A stretch of DNA of 21,971 bases from a virus, in the UHGV virus genome UHGV-0067703; one strand, written 5' to 3'. The translations under genes and the position numbers were made by a program. This document shows positions 1 through 8,904 of the stretch, piece after piece (within the stretch, counting starts at the first letter, position 1; the number at the start of each line of letters is the position of its first letter). The notes under the pieces were generated by a model. The model searched no databases. It had not been told where the DNA came from and saw nothing but the letters and a program-made list of their open reading frames with translations.

Positions 1-1991
1 CGGAGGAAAACGTGCTCTCAACAGTGCGCGAGAAGCTGGAAGCGCCCTATCAGGGGCGGACGCTGCTGCTGATTGACAGCGTCGATATGCCGCCGGAAGC
101 GGACGAGGGGCTGCGCGAGATTGAGCATTGGGGCTGCGATGTGCTGGTGACGACGCGCTTCCCGCTGGGCGAGGAATTCCGGAATATCGCCGTGCCGCTG
201 CTGTCGGAGGAAGCCAGCCGGGCGCTGTTTGTCCAGCACGACCCGTACTTGAAAAGCATGGGCAGCGCGGAAACGGAGGCGCTGCATCAGGTGCTTTCGC
301 GCGTGGCGGGGCATCCGCTGGCGATTATCCTGCTGGCGCATCTGGCGAAGATGAAGCGCTGGACGATGCATCAGCTGCTGGAAGAGCTTGACCGCATCAG
401 CCCGGAGGGACTGCGGCTGGCGGGCGGCAAATTCAGCGCGATTGCGCAGAGAATCGCCCAGATGGTGTCCTCCGACGCGCTGACCGACCGCGAAAGGCAG
501 GTGCTGGCGGTTTTCGCCACGTTTCCGGCGTGGACAATCCCGGTGCGGGACGCGCTGACCCTCCTGCGCGACTTCGGCACGGAGGATGAACTGCTGTCCG
601 CGCTGGAAACGGCGGCGGATTACGGCCTGCTGACATCGAACTGGCGCGGATACGCCATGCACCCCGTGCTGGCGGAGAGCTTCCGGCCGCTGCTGCCGCC
701 GATGGAGAAGGTGCCGAGGCTGGCGGAGATTTTCCGGGAACGCGCAACGCAGTCCGGTTCGCTGGAAGATTGCAAGGGCACGACGCTGGCACTTGCCCTT
801 CATGCGGTGTCGGATTTCTTCGATGCGCCGGTTGAACTGATGTCAGGCATTTCGATTGGCGTGGTGGAACTGCTGGACACGTCGCGGGAGGAAATTCCGG
901 CGGCGCGTCTGGCAATCTGGCGGCAGTACAAGCAAAAAGAGTCCCAGCAGACAGCGAAGGGACGCTTCCTTGATGCAGAAATGCAGCTGGTACTCGATGC
1001 CATTCAGGGTGGCGAATTGCAGGCGGATGCAGAACAGATTATTGCCCAGCTGCCGGGGGCATCCGACAAAAATGCAATGGACTTCCTGACCATCAATACG
1101 ATTATTGTGCAGCGCGTGAATCGGGAACTTTGCGTTCGGATTATCGAACAGGCGGATCAGCTGATTCAGCCGGATAGCCCGCAGTATGCGGTATACCGTG
1201 CGGAATCTGTCTGCGCCAAGCAGCTTGTGGGCGTGTCCGTGCCGGAGGAAGAGGTTAATCAGGCAATTTCGTACTTCAAAGAACAGATGAAGAATCCGAA
1301 AAAGCTTCATGATGCCGCAGGGCGCTTGGGAGCGCTGCTCAGCACCACGATGCTGAGCGGATGGTGGGGAAAAATTAAGCCGTTTGCGGATGAACTGGCG
1401 CAGATTGTGGATGAAAAACATATCCGCAACACGGAATCTGACCATGCGTTGGGCATGATTTACCGCCATTTGCAGGAATTTGACAAAGCCCTCATGTACG
1501 AAAAGTATGTGGTTGATGCTATTCAGCCGGAGACGCTGCAATATTATCAAGTGATGGCGAACTACCTTGTTATCAAGCAGGAAAGTGGACGCTGCTTGGA
1601 AAACAAGGAAATACTGGAGGAAGAACTGCCGAAAATCGCGGAGAAATTCGGCAAGAACAACGGACTGTATGCCATTTGGGCGCATTCCTACTCGAAGGTG
1701 CTGATGGAACTGCGCCGCCCGGAAGAAGCAATGCGGCTACTGGACGAAATTTACCCGATTGTTGTGACACACATGGGCGAATGGAACGCAAAGGTGGTGC
1801 AAATTGCGTACATTTCCTGCTTGGCGATGACGAATCGAGACGACGAGGCACAGGCAAAGGCTGCGGAATTGCGCGAATATTTTGTGAACGCGGCTGGGAA
1901 AGAATCGCCGCAGGTATATGCCATCGACCAGACGGTGCAGAAGGTCAACGACGGTTTCTTCCACAAGGAGAATCAGTCCAAACAGGTATAA
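1..1991 (+). CDS. STAND-type NTPase fragment (NB-ARC-like domain plus helical/TPR-like C-terminal repeats); 5'-partial, continues beyond the window start
   Basis: Open frame from the window edge to TAA at 1989-1991. Translation shows NB-ARC-like motifs in the expected order: LLLIDSVD (Walker B-like), VLVTTR, GHPLAI (GLPL-like), then a long helical region. Codon third positions are G/C-rich, consistent with genuine coding in a GC-rich genome. The antisense ORFs over this region look like high-GC artefacts. Confidence 0.5.
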   Translation, partial: EENVLSTVREKLEAPYQGRTLLLIDSVDMPPEADEGLREIEHWGCDVLVTTRFPLGEEFRNIAVPLLSEEASRALFVQHDPYLKSMGSAETEALHQVLSRVAGHPLAIILLAHLAKMKRWTMHQLLEELDRISPEGLRLAGGKFSAIAQRIAQMVSSDALTDRERQVLAVFATFPAWTIPVRDALTLLRDFGTEDELLSALETAADYGLLTSNWRGYAMHPVLAESFRPLLPPMEKVPRLAEIFRERATQSGSLEDCKGTTLALALHAVSDFFDAPVELMSGISIGVVELLDTSREEIPAARLAIWRQYKQKESQQTAKGRFLDAEMQLVLDAIQGGELQADAEQIIAQLPGASDKNAMDFLTINTIIVQRVNRELCVRIIEQADQLIQPDSPQYAVYRAESVCAKQLVGVSVPEEEVNQAISYFKEQMKNPKKLHDAAGRLGALLSTTMLSGWWGKIKPFADELAQIVDEKHIRNTESDHALGMIYRHLQEFDKALMYEKYVVDAIQPETLQYYQVMANYLVIKQESGRCLENKEILEEELPKIAEKFGKNNGLYAIWAHSYSKVLMELRRPEEAMRLLDEIYPIVVTHMGEWNAKVVQIAYISCLAMTNRDDEAQAKAAELREYFVNAAGKESPQVYAIDQTVQKVNDGFFHKENQSKQV

Positions 1992-2036
1992 TCCGGGAAA
2001 AACACGCGGATATTGACAACCTGCAATGTAACCTGC

Positions 2037-2064
2037 TTGACAATCCCCATTGTCGCCGTATAAT
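2037..2064 (+). promoter_or_regulatory. Consensus sigma70/SigA-type promoter (TTGACA-N16-TATAAT)
   Basis: TTGACA at 2037-2042, 16-nt spacer, TATAAT at 2059-2064, roughly 80 nt upstream of the Hpt-like ORF start. A second TTGACA sits at 2013-2018. Confidence 0.4.
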
Positions 2065-2147
2065 GGAAAGTGGAATCCTGCATTCGGATAACCATTTTCT
2101 ATTATACGGCATTTTTTGCTGTTGGACGCAAAAGAAAGGAAATGCAC

Positions 2148-2474
2148 ATGACGCTCAAGGAGTTTTATGCCGCAGTCGGCGGCGATTACGACGCAACCCT
2201 GAACAGAATCCCCAAGGAGTCGATGGTGCTGCGCTTTGTGAAGAAGTATGCCGACGACAAAACCTACGCCCAGCTGACCGAAGCGGTGAAAGCGCAGGAC
2301 TGGGAAACGGCGTTCCGCGCGTCGCACACGCTCAAGGGCGTGGCGCAGAACCTCGGCTTTGACGGGCTGTACCGCGCCGCGTTCGCGCTGACGGAAGAAA
2401 TGCGCGGTAAATTGCTGGATATTTCCCGCACATCGGAAAAGTCTTCCCGCTTTGGTTTCAACGTTAATCTTTAA
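2148..2474 (+). CDS. Hpt (histidine phosphotransfer) domain protein; the last ~23 codons are homologous to the C-terminus of the ORF6N paralog at 11995..12666, so the ORF is probably a hybrid
   Basis: Start taken at ATG 2148 (AAGGA 7 nt upstream; in-frame ATG at 2142 is too close to the RBS). Contains the Hpt signature H-T-L-K-G-V-A-Q-N-L-G. Residues after LTEEMR (GKLLDISRTSEKSSRFGFNVNL) match RTLQDISRLSDRNSRKGFSLSL of the 11995..12666 product, and composition switches from GC-rich to AT-rich at ~2388-2405. Confidence 0.45.
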   Translation: MTLKEFYAAVGGDYDATLNRIPKESMVLRFVKKYADDKTYAQLTEAVKAQDWETAFRASHTLKGVAQNLGFDGLYRAAFALTEEMRGKLLDISRTSEKSSRFGFNVNL

Positions 2475-2482
2475 TTAACCCC

Positions 2483-2505
2483 ATCCCCGACCACATATCG
2501 GGGAT
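2483..2505 (+). other. Stem-loop downstream of the hybrid ORF (8-bp stem atccccga/tcggggat, 7-nt loop); homologous in position to the terminator at 12675..12697
   Basis: Perfect inverted repeat 2483-2490 / 2498-2505. Followed by A/T-rich sequence but not a clean T-run. Confidence 0.3.
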
Positions 2506-2544
2506 TAAATTAAATATCTGGATTAATTAACCGGAGGATTTGTC

Positions 2545-2757
2545 ATGCTCAAACCTCACTACGGAACCGCATTAGTTTCTCGCGAGGACGTTAAACCCGG
2601 CACAGCAATTCTTTACAACGGGCGTTATTACATGGCGTCAGCGAACGTTAATAATGCACTTTACGCTCATTCACTGATTGAAAAAATTCGCATTATCTCA
2701 GATGCAATAGAAATTTACCTGAACAATAAAGGCCAACCGTTAATCTCACCAGCCTGA
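2545..2757 (+). CDS. Hypothetical small protein (70 aa)
   Basis: ORF with GGAGG RBS 7 nt upstream of ATG 2545. AT-rich. No recognisable motif. Confidence 0.45.
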   Translation: MLKPHYGTALVSREDVKPGTAILYNGRYYMASANVNNALYAHSLIEKIRIISDAIEIYLNNKGQPLISPA

Positions 2758-2768
2758 AAGGAAATATC

Positions 2769-3050
2769 ATGCTCAATCAAAAAATAAATATCAATGTAAA
2801 AAGCGTCGTAACTCCAGCAGGAACGATAATGGGAGAAGTTTTTATGGATGATAAAATCATCGCCTATTTTGTCGTCCTGTCTGATGAGGCTATTTCTGTT
2901 ATTGATACGGAAGGCAATGTTATGTTTATCGCAGAACATCCAGAAGACATCGCATTACAGGCCGCTGCATATTTCTTCGCTAAGGAGCAGGAGGAAGAAT
3001 GTAACTGCCCTGTATGTCAGCTTTCCCGACAAATTAATTTAATGCATTAA
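2769..3050 (+). CDS. Hypothetical protein (93 aa)
   Basis: ORF immediately downstream of the previous gene with RBS-like AAGGAAA upstream. C-terminal CxCPxC-like CNCPVC pair hints at metal binding. No family recognised. Confidence 0.45.
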   Translation: MLNQKININVKSVVTPAGTIMGEVFMDDKIIAYFVVLSDEAISVIDTEGNVMFIAEHPEDIALQAAAYFFAKEQEEECNCPVCQLSRQINLMH

Positions 3051-3070
3051 CCGGAATCAGGAGTTCCGCC

Positions 3071-3352
3071 ATGAACGCATACCTCACCTGCGACCGCATA
3101 GAGGAGCGTCGCTGGATTAATCAGCAAATTCAGGATGAAAAGGATAAATGGATTGATGATCGGGCGCAGGAGCTTATCAGCATGTTCCCCGATAAACCAT
3201 TGCTTATGAGCAGCCTTTTTTTACCCAAAGAAGCCCAACTGGCACTCACTGGCGAAAAAGCTGAAGAGGCGTACAACGATTATATCTCAGCGATCGCCTA
3301 TGCTCGGGCGGAAGAAGAATGGGAGAGAAAATTCTCCCCCTGTCCTTTCTGA
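3071..3352 (+). CDS. Hypothetical protein (93 aa)
   Basis: ORF with AGGAG RBS upstream of ATG 3071. Same strand and tight spacing with neighbours. Confidence 0.4.
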   Translation: MNAYLTCDRIEERRWINQQIQDEKDKWIDDRAQELISMFPDKPLLMSSLFLPKEAQLALTGEKAEEAYNDYISAIAYARAEEEWERKFSPCPF

Positions 3353-3368
3353 TTTTCAGGACCAAAAA

Positions 3369-4319
3369 ATGTTCGATATCGTTGAATTTGTTAAGCAGCA
3401 GGAGCGCTTTTTCTGCGAGGCATTAACTGAACCGACGCTGACATGGGCGAAGGAAAGTCAGTTTGCAATTCAGCAATTCCAGAAAAATGCCTTTCTGGCT
3501 GACACAGCACGGGCAAATCTGCCCAGCGCACAGAACGCTATCATCAATGTTGCCGCCATCGGCATAACCCTGAACCCGGCCAGCAAGCTGGCGTATCTGG
3601 TCCCACGAAAAAAGGCTGTATGCCTGGATATCAGTTATATGGGGCTTCTGCATCTGGCACAGGTCACAGGAGCCATTCAGTGGGGGCAATGCAAACTTGT
3701 TTACGAGAAGGACATTTACGAGTCCAACGGTATTGACTGCGCCCCCACGCACAAATACAACCCATTCGTAGACAGGGGCGCACGCATTGGCGGTTATTGT
3801 GTCGTAAAAACATCCGAAGGCGACTATCTGACCGAAGAGATGAGCAACAGGGAAATCGAGGTCATCAGGGCGTGCAGCAAAGCCGGAAATAACGGAGGAA
3901 GTAGCCCGTGGGATAGTTTCCCCGATGAAATGGCCAGAAAAGCCATTGTTAAGCGCGCCAGCAAATACTGGCCCCGTCGCGATCGCCTGGATACAGCTAT
4001 CGACTACCTGAACACTCAGGCCGGTGAAGGTATCATCCTGAATGCTGATCACATCCCTGAGCGTGACGTCACTCCCGCATCAGATGAGATTATCAATGAG
4101 ATCACTCAGGCAATCACCGAAATTAACAAGACATGGGATGACCTGCTTCCCGTATGTTCCAAAACATTCCGTCGCACGATTGCATCACATGAAGCTCTCT
4201 CTCAGGAAGAAGCTGTCAAAACGCTTGATTTTGTCAAAAAGAAAGCTGCCAGAAACAAGGCCACGGCGGAAGCGAAAGTTCACGCCACCACGGAAAATAA
4301 CAGCGAGGCCGTGTCATGA
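3369..4319 (+). CDS. recT: RecT-family single-strand annealing recombinase
   Basis: Start moved to ATG 3369 (in frame with track ORF 3300..4319). Translation contains the conserved RecT region ...SKAGNNGG...W...[16 protein letters not shown], closely resembling Rac-prophage RecT as I recall it (...SKAGNNGPW...EMAKKTAIRRLFKYLP). Stop overlaps the next gene start (ATGA). Confidence 0.8.
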   Translation: MFDIVEFVKQQERFFCEALTEPTLTWAKESQFAIQQFQKNAFLADTARANLPSAQNAIINVAAIGITLNPASKLAYLVPRKKAVCLDISYMGLLHLAQVTGAIQWGQCKLVYEKDIYESNGIDCAPTHKYNPFVDRGARIGGYCVVKTSEGDYLTEEMSNREIEVIRACSKAGNNGGSSPWDSFPDEMARKAIVKRASKYWPRRDRLDTAIDYLNTQAGEGIILNADHIPERDVTPASDEIINEITQAITEINKTWDDLLPVCSKTFRRTIASHEALSQEEAVKTLDFVKKKAARNKATAEAKVHATTENNSEAVS

Positions 4320-5014
4320 CACCAGAAATTATTCTCCAGCGAACTGGCGTGGATATTACCAGCCTCGACCAGGGCGATGATGGATGGCACAAGCTGAGAC
4401 TCGGTGTTATCACTGCTTCAGAAGTTCACAACGTCATAGCCAAACCACGTTCAGGCAGCAAATGGCCTGATACAAAAATGTCATACTTCCACACCCTGCT
4501 GGCTGAAGTTTGTACTGGCGTGGCACCGGAAGTTAACGCTAAGTCGCTCGCATGGGGAAAGCAATACGAAGATGATGCCCGTGCCCTCTTCGAATTTATC
4601 GCGGATGTTACCGTCGCGGAAACGCCAATAATTTTTCGTGACGAAAGCATGCGCACCGCCTGCTCTCCCGACGGTTTATGCAGCGACGGTAACGGTCTTG
4701 AGCTTAAATGCCCCTTCACTTCCCGCGACTTCATGAAGTTCCGGCTTGGCGGCTTTGACGCTATCAAGCCTGCTTACATGGCCCAGGTGCAATTCAGCAT
4801 GTGGGTTACAGACAAGGACGCCTGGTACTTCGCCAACTACGACCCACGTATGAAGCGTGAAGGCCTGCATTATGTCGTGGTCGAGCGGGATGAAAAGTAC
4901 ATGGCGAGTTTTGATGAGATGGTGCCGGAGTTCATCGACAAAATGGACGAAGCACTGGCGGAAATTGGTTTTGTATTTGGAGAACAATGGGGGGGGTTAA
5001 TAACTAATGGATGA
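4316..5014 (+). CDS. YqaJ-like/lambda-Exo-like PD-(D/E)xK phage exonuclease (recombination partner of RecT)
   Basis: 232 aa, translationally coupled to recT (ATGA overlap at 4316-4319). Sequence and size fit YqaJ-type viral recombinase exonucleases. Family assignment by recognition only. Confidence 0.65.
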   Translation: MTPEIILQRTGVDITSLDQGDDGWHKLRLGVITASEVHNVIAKPRSGSKWPDTKMSYFHTLLAEVCTGVAPEVNAKSLAWGKQYEDDARALFEFIADVTVAETPIIFRDESMRTACSPDGLCSDGNGLELKCPFTSRDFMKFRLGGFDAIKPAYMAQVQFSMWVTDKDAWYFANYDPRMKREGLHYVVVERDEKYMASFDEMVPEFIDKMDEALAEIGFVFGEQWGGLITNG

Positions 5015-5594
5015 TGTAATTTTTACTTACAATGAAGAATCAGCACTAACCGCCGGACAAGGTGGTTTTATTACCGAAACGGGTGCGCATATCATTAACA
5101 TCACCGAAGCAGAACTCAAGCAATCAGAAAAAGGTGCCCGATTCATTGAGTTTTCTGGAGAATCCGACGACGGACGGAAAATCCAATATCTCAGTGTTTG
5201 TGTTCAGAAGAATGACGGCACTGAAAATAAATTTGGGGCGAGCATTATTCACGCCATGATGGGATGCACAGGAATTGGGCAGTTAACGCAACATATGGTT
5301 TCCGTCAGTAAATATGTTGCACCTGAGTTTCACGGAAAGAAAATCGGGTTAGTGCTCCAGAAAGTATTAACCACAAACAGAAAGACTGGCGCAGACAGTT
5401 ACCAGATGGAAATCCGCATTCCATTCATTGCAGAAACAGGGCAGACACTGAAAGAAAAAGCTGAAGGAAAGAAACCAGAAACGGTAGCAAATATGGTTTC
5501 CACTCTCAAAGACAAAGACAATCGCAGCAAAAACGCAAACCCGAATCACACGGACGACCCGGGTTACTGGCAGTACGGTGGCGATAATTTTTAA
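5007..5594 (+). CDS. Hypothetical protein (195 aa); possibly a phage ssDNA-binding-like protein by position after the recombinase pair
   Basis: Start overlaps the exonuclease stop. Lys-rich C-terminal half. No canonical SSB OB-fold motifs recognised, so the SSB idea is positional inference only. Confidence 0.45.
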   Translation: MDDVIFTYNEESALTAGQGGFITETGAHIINITEAELKQSEKGARFIEFSGESDDGRKIQYLSVCVQKNDGTENKFGASIIHAMMGCTGIGQLTQHMVSVSKYVAPEFHGKKIGLVLQKVLTTNRKTGADSYQMEIRIPFIAETGQTLKEKAEGKKPETVANMVSTLKDKDNRSKNANPNHTDDPGYWQYGGDNF

Positions 5595-5668
5595 TTCACA
5601 AACAAAACCAGGCTTTAAATGCAGTGAACAACTGAAGCCTTAACACACCTCTACACGGAGATATTAAT

Positions 5669-6016
5669 ATGAACCAGCATCAAACTGATGTTAATGTTTT
5701 CATTAACGACCTCGACGGCGGGGTATTTGTTAACAAACTTGGTGCGGTATTAAGTGAAGTTGCCTTTGGCGTAAACAGCACAAACAAAAAAGGAAAGGTA
5801 TGTGTTGAATTCGAATTATCTTCACTTGATGAAAATCGCGTATCAGTTTCCCATAAACTAAAATTCACACGCCCGACAATGCGTGGTAGTAAATCAGAAG
5901 AAGATACGACTAACACACCAATGTTTGTAAATAAAGGTGGTGAGCTTACTTTGTTCCAGAAAGACCAGGGACAGCTTTTTGATAAACAGGGCCAACATGA
6001 CGCTGTTTTACGCTGA
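5669..6016 (+). CDS. Hypothetical protein (115 aa)
   Basis: ORF with GGAGA RBS-like sequence upstream. No motif recognised. Confidence 0.45.
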   Translation: MNQHQTDVNVFINDLDGGVFVNKLGAVLSEVAFGVNSTNKKGKVCVEFELSSLDENRVSVSHKLKFTRPTMRGSKSEEDTTNTPMFVNKGGELTLFQKDQGQLFDKQGQHDAVLR

Positions 6017-6079
6017 ATAATCCCCGCCTTAAAACGCTCGCGCATTATCCCTAAATACATAAATTAAAGGTAAATATAC

Positions 6080-6901
6080 ATGTCTCAGTTAGATAGCAAT
6101 GCCATTAAAGAAATTGTAAAACTCACCACTACTGCTTTTTCTGGTGAAAATTTGCCGCTTACGGAATGCCCTGTTGCGTTATTGCCGGACAATGTAAATA
6201 TCGAAAGTCTGGAACGATTCATGACAGAACGTTTTCGTTTCCGTGGAGTCATGACCACAACCAGTATTGATGACTTTGTTGAATACAGCAAAGGGTATGC
6301 CGATGAGTGCTCCCGCTGCTTCATTAACGCGGAAACGATGAAAGCAGTCACTGTGTTCAATATCGGCACTCTGGAGCAACCTGGACACGCTGACAACAAG
6401 GCACTGCTGGAACTGAAAGCCACATCACCATATCGCGCATTACGTGACGTGGACGGCAAAAAACAACTCCAGAAATCTCTCGCTGAATGGCTGGAAGACT
6501 GGGCCGACTTCCTCACAGCCTATGACAGCGACGGTAATGTGCTGGATATCAAACAGGCGATCTCTGCTGTCCGTCGTCTTACCATCGACGCAAAACGCAG
6601 TGCTGAATATGAAGAGCAAAACTTCAGCGGTAGCCGCTCAGTCATGGAGTCCGTTGAGGCTAAAAGCAAAGAAATCATGCCTGCCACTTTCCGCTTTGAA
6701 TGCATCCCATACGAGGGCCTGGGCAACAGGGAATTCACGCTGCGATTAAGCATTCTGACAAGCGAACAACCTGTTCTGGTGCTACGTATCGTGCGTGTTG
6801 AAGCTGCGGAAGAAGAAATTGCCAAAGAGTTCCGTGACCTGCTGAAAGAGCGTTTCGAAGAAGAAGATATCTTAACCTTCATCGGCACGTTCTCAGTGTG
6901 A
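6080..6901 (+). CDS. DUF2303-like (YfdQ-like) prophage protein
   Basis: 273 aa. Size and context (yfd-type prophage gene block with DUF551 and MT-A70 neighbours) resemble YfdQ of E. coli CPS-53. Recognition from memory, not a search. Confidence 0.5.
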   Translation: MSQLDSNAIKEIVKLTTTAFSGENLPLTECPVALLPDNVNIESLERFMTERFRFRGVMTTTSIDDFVEYSKGYADECSRCFINAETMKAVTVFNIGTLEQPGHADNKALLELKATSPYRALRDVDGKKQLQKSLAEWLEDWADFLTAYDSDGNVLDIKQAISAVRRLTIDAKRSAEYEEQNFSGSRSVMESVEAKSKEIMPATFRFECIPYEGLGNREFTLRLSILTSEQPVLVLRIVRVEAAEEEIAKEFRDLLKERFEEEDILTFIGTFSV

Positions 6902-6977
6902 TGAAATCTGTGACAGGGACGTCACGACATATCGCTCATATTTCACGAGAAAATACACAGTTCTTGGAGGGTATACT

Positions 6978-7454
6978 ATGCAATTTAAAGATTTACCAGA
7001 GGATATTCAGAAAATAGCTGCGGATACGCTTAAAGACCATTTATCGGTGATAAATTTAACAAAGGAACCAAAGGCGAATCTGGAAAATATATCCCGTAAC
7101 ATGCGAGATGTTTTTGTCGGGATGTATGCTTATGACAATGAAAAGCACGAGGAACATATTCAAAATTGCCGCCTTAATAAAGGACAACAAAACATCAAAC
7201 ACAATATAACAGAAAACGACAAATCAATTAATTCTGTTGAAAGAGTGAATAATTCGCAGAAAACAGACCCATTGGTATTCTGGAATATCGTTCAGGCTTT
7301 TGCCTTGAGCAAGGTGTATGAGTTTAACAACATCAATCATTCAGGGATCGACACTCATCAATCATCACATCGTGAGGGGGTGTCCATGCTTCTGTCTCTG
7401 TTACGAGAGCAGGGCGAATGTCCTCACTCGACATTGAACGACACTGAGCAATAG
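6978..7454 (+). CDS. Hypothetical protein (158 aa), markedly AT-rich relative to its neighbours
   Basis: ORF with GGAGG RBS 6 nt upstream of ATG 6978. Asn/Lys-rich translation. Followed by an intrinsic terminator at 7552..7590. Confidence 0.5.
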   Translation: MQFKDLPEDIQKIAADTLKDHLSVINLTKEPKANLENISRNMRDVFVGMYAYDNEKHEEHIQNCRLNKGQQNIKHNITENDKSINSVERVNNSQKTDPLVFWNIVQAFALSKVYEFNNINHSGIDTHQSSHREGVSMLLSLLREQGECPHSTLNDTEQ

Positions 7455-7551
7455 TCCATCCGTATTTTCCGCCAACTTGATATCGTCATCAAACTTAACT
7501 TTGATCGTGCGCTTCCAGTTGTGAATAACAACCTTGCTGTGTTTAGTCATT

Positions 7552-7590
7552 GGCGGCATCAGTTGCCGATTGCTGATGTCCGCCCTTTTT
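7552..7590 (+). terminator. Rho-independent terminator
   Basis: Stem ggcggcatcag (7552-7562) pairs with ctgatgtccgcc (7573-7584, one bulge), followed by TTTTT at 7586-7590. Confidence 0.45.
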
Positions 7591-7610
7591 AAAGTATTAA
7601 GGGTTAACTC

Positions 7611-8225
7611 ATGACGGCTTTTACCGACAAAGAGCTAATTAAAGAAATTAAAGAACGTATCAGCAGTCTGGAGGTGCGGGACAATATTGAGCGCCGTGTT
7701 TATGAGATTGCGTTGACTGCATTGACCGCTGAACCATTCGCCACTATCGACACCGTGGGAATTGAGCTCGTTAAATATGGTTGTAACACGTTTATTTGTC
7801 CCGACAATTCGATGGAGCCGGGAAATGTACCGCTATATATCGGCCTGCCACGAATTGAGCCAGCAAGCCAGACTGCCAAGCTGTCATTCCAGGAATGGTT
7901 GTCAGAACAAAAAGAAAAAATAGACGTTGATTGCGGATGTGTAAGCATCGAAACGCTTACGCACTGGATGAAATCAGCTTATGAGGCTGGCAACTCTCCG
8001 GTAACTCCGGATGGTTGGATAAGCTGTAGTGAGCGAATTCCGGACGATAAACAGTATGTTTGGTGTTGGGGTAAGTCTTACGGCTGGACTGAGTGCGATA
8101 CCTTCGAAGGGTATTACGATTGGTCGAGAAACAAATGGTGGGCAGTTACTGACGATGGGGAAGAACCGGCATCGAAAGTAACCCACTGGATGCCGCTACC
8201 AGAACCGCCGCAGGAGGTTAATTGA
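7611..8225 (+). CDS. DUF551-domain prophage protein
   Basis: C-terminal Trp-rich region (WISCSERIPDDKQYVWCW...YYDWSRNKWW...THWMPLPEPP) matches the DUF551 pattern common in enterobacterial prophages. Confidence 0.55.
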   Translation: MTAFTDKELIKEIKERISSLEVRDNIERRVYEIALTALTAEPFATIDTVGIELVKYGCNTFICPDNSMEPGNVPLYIGLPRIEPASQTAKLSFQEWLSEQKEKIDVDCGCVSIETLTHWMKSAYEAGNSPVTPDGWISCSERIPDDKQYVWCWGKSYGWTECDTFEGYYDWSRNKWWAVTDDGEEPASKVTHWMPLPEPPQEVN

Positions 8226-8419
8226 TGGACTCCTTCGCGAAATATACGATTATTGACTGGATAGCATTCCTTCAGGTTTTGCTCATCTGGTTTTATATGG
8301 CTTACAGGAGTGGACAGTGGATTGTCAGTGTAGCCTGTAGCAAGGGATGGCGTTGGTGGAACCGAAAGAATAAAAAAAGCACTGGCCTTGGATTCATTTT
8401 ACGAAGCATTCAATCTTAA
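8225..8419 (+). CDS. Small hydrophobic protein (64 aa), probable membrane peptide
   Basis: ATG 8225 overlaps the upstream stop (TGA 8223-8225). Hydrophobic core IIDWIAFLQVLLIWFYMAY followed by a basic tail. Confidence 0.4.
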   Translation: MDSFAKYTIIDWIAFLQVLLIWFYMAYRSGQWIVSVACSKGWRWWNRKNKKSTGLGFILRSIQS

Positions 8420-8540
8420 CAGCCTTCAGCCTGGTTCTGTCGTTGTAGTCACCACTCAAAGCGGCATGACGATACAAATTCACAAGCCAAAGGAGGAAGG
8501 TCGTGGCTAACCTGCAACTTGCCGTCAAAGGTGAATAAGA

Positions 8541-8568
8541 ATCCTCGCACTCGCGGGGATTTCTTTTA
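8541..8568 (+). terminator. Rho-independent terminator-like hairpin
   Basis: atcctcgc...gcggggat imperfect 8-bp stem with 4-nt loop, followed by TTCTTTTAT. Confidence 0.35.
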
Positions 8569-8605
8569 TCTGAACTCGCTACGGCGAGCTTGAGAGGTTA
8601 AAACG

Positions 8606-8884
8606 ATGAAAAATAATGTAATGAAAAATGGAACTATCGACAGCCAGGCTCTGTTGAAAATGGTGAATGAAGCGCGGAGACTGTGCGGTGAAAAAGAAGT
8701 ACGCAACAACGACTTCATTGCACGCATCAAAGATGAACTTGATGGGGAGGGTTACGAAATTTTCGTAACCCCCATGGATAAGAAAAAAGGCGGTGCGGAT
8801 CAGGTTGTTATTGTGATGACCTATAAACAAGCGCTTCGCGTCGCCGCACGTGAGTCGAAAGCCGTCCGCCGTTCTTTTGCGTAA
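8606..8884 (+). CDS. Hypothetical protein (92 aa)
   Basis: ORF with GAGAGG RBS upstream of ATG 8606. No family recognised. Confidence 0.45.
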   Translation: MKNNVMKNGTIDSQALLKMVNEARRLCGEKEVRNNDFIARIKDELDGEGYEIFVTPMDKKKGGADQVVIVMTYKQALRVAARESKAVRRSFA

Positions 8885-8904
8885 CCCCCAACAGGAGAAA
8901 TGAT

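Noticed and set aside
18..1857. Several long minus-strand and alternate-frame ORFs across the GC-rich segment (18..803, 433..915, 843..1685, 1573..1857 on minus; 128..391 on plus)
   Set aside because: They overlap the STAND NTPase frame, which carries recognisable NB-ARC motifs. Their translations are Arg/Pro/Ala-rich low-complexity strings typical of spurious open frames in high-GC DNA.
1676..2362. Track ORFs 1676..2362 (+), 1737..2327 (-) and 1751..1966 (-) spanning the STAND stop and the Hpt gene
   Set aside because: They overlap two better-supported genes and cross the intergenic promoter. No motifs, and the starts are non-ATG.
3423..4987. Antisense ORFs inside recT and the exonuclease gene (3423..4052, 4426..4767, 4676..4987 on minus; 4042..4380 on plus)
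   Set aside because: Embedded in genes with clear family signatures on the + strand. No RBS or motif support.
7401..7550. Short minus-strand ORF (about 49 aa) between the 158-aa gene and the DUF551 gene
   Set aside because: It overlaps the 3' end of the 6978..7454 gene and the + strand terminator stem. No RBS, so probably not a gene.
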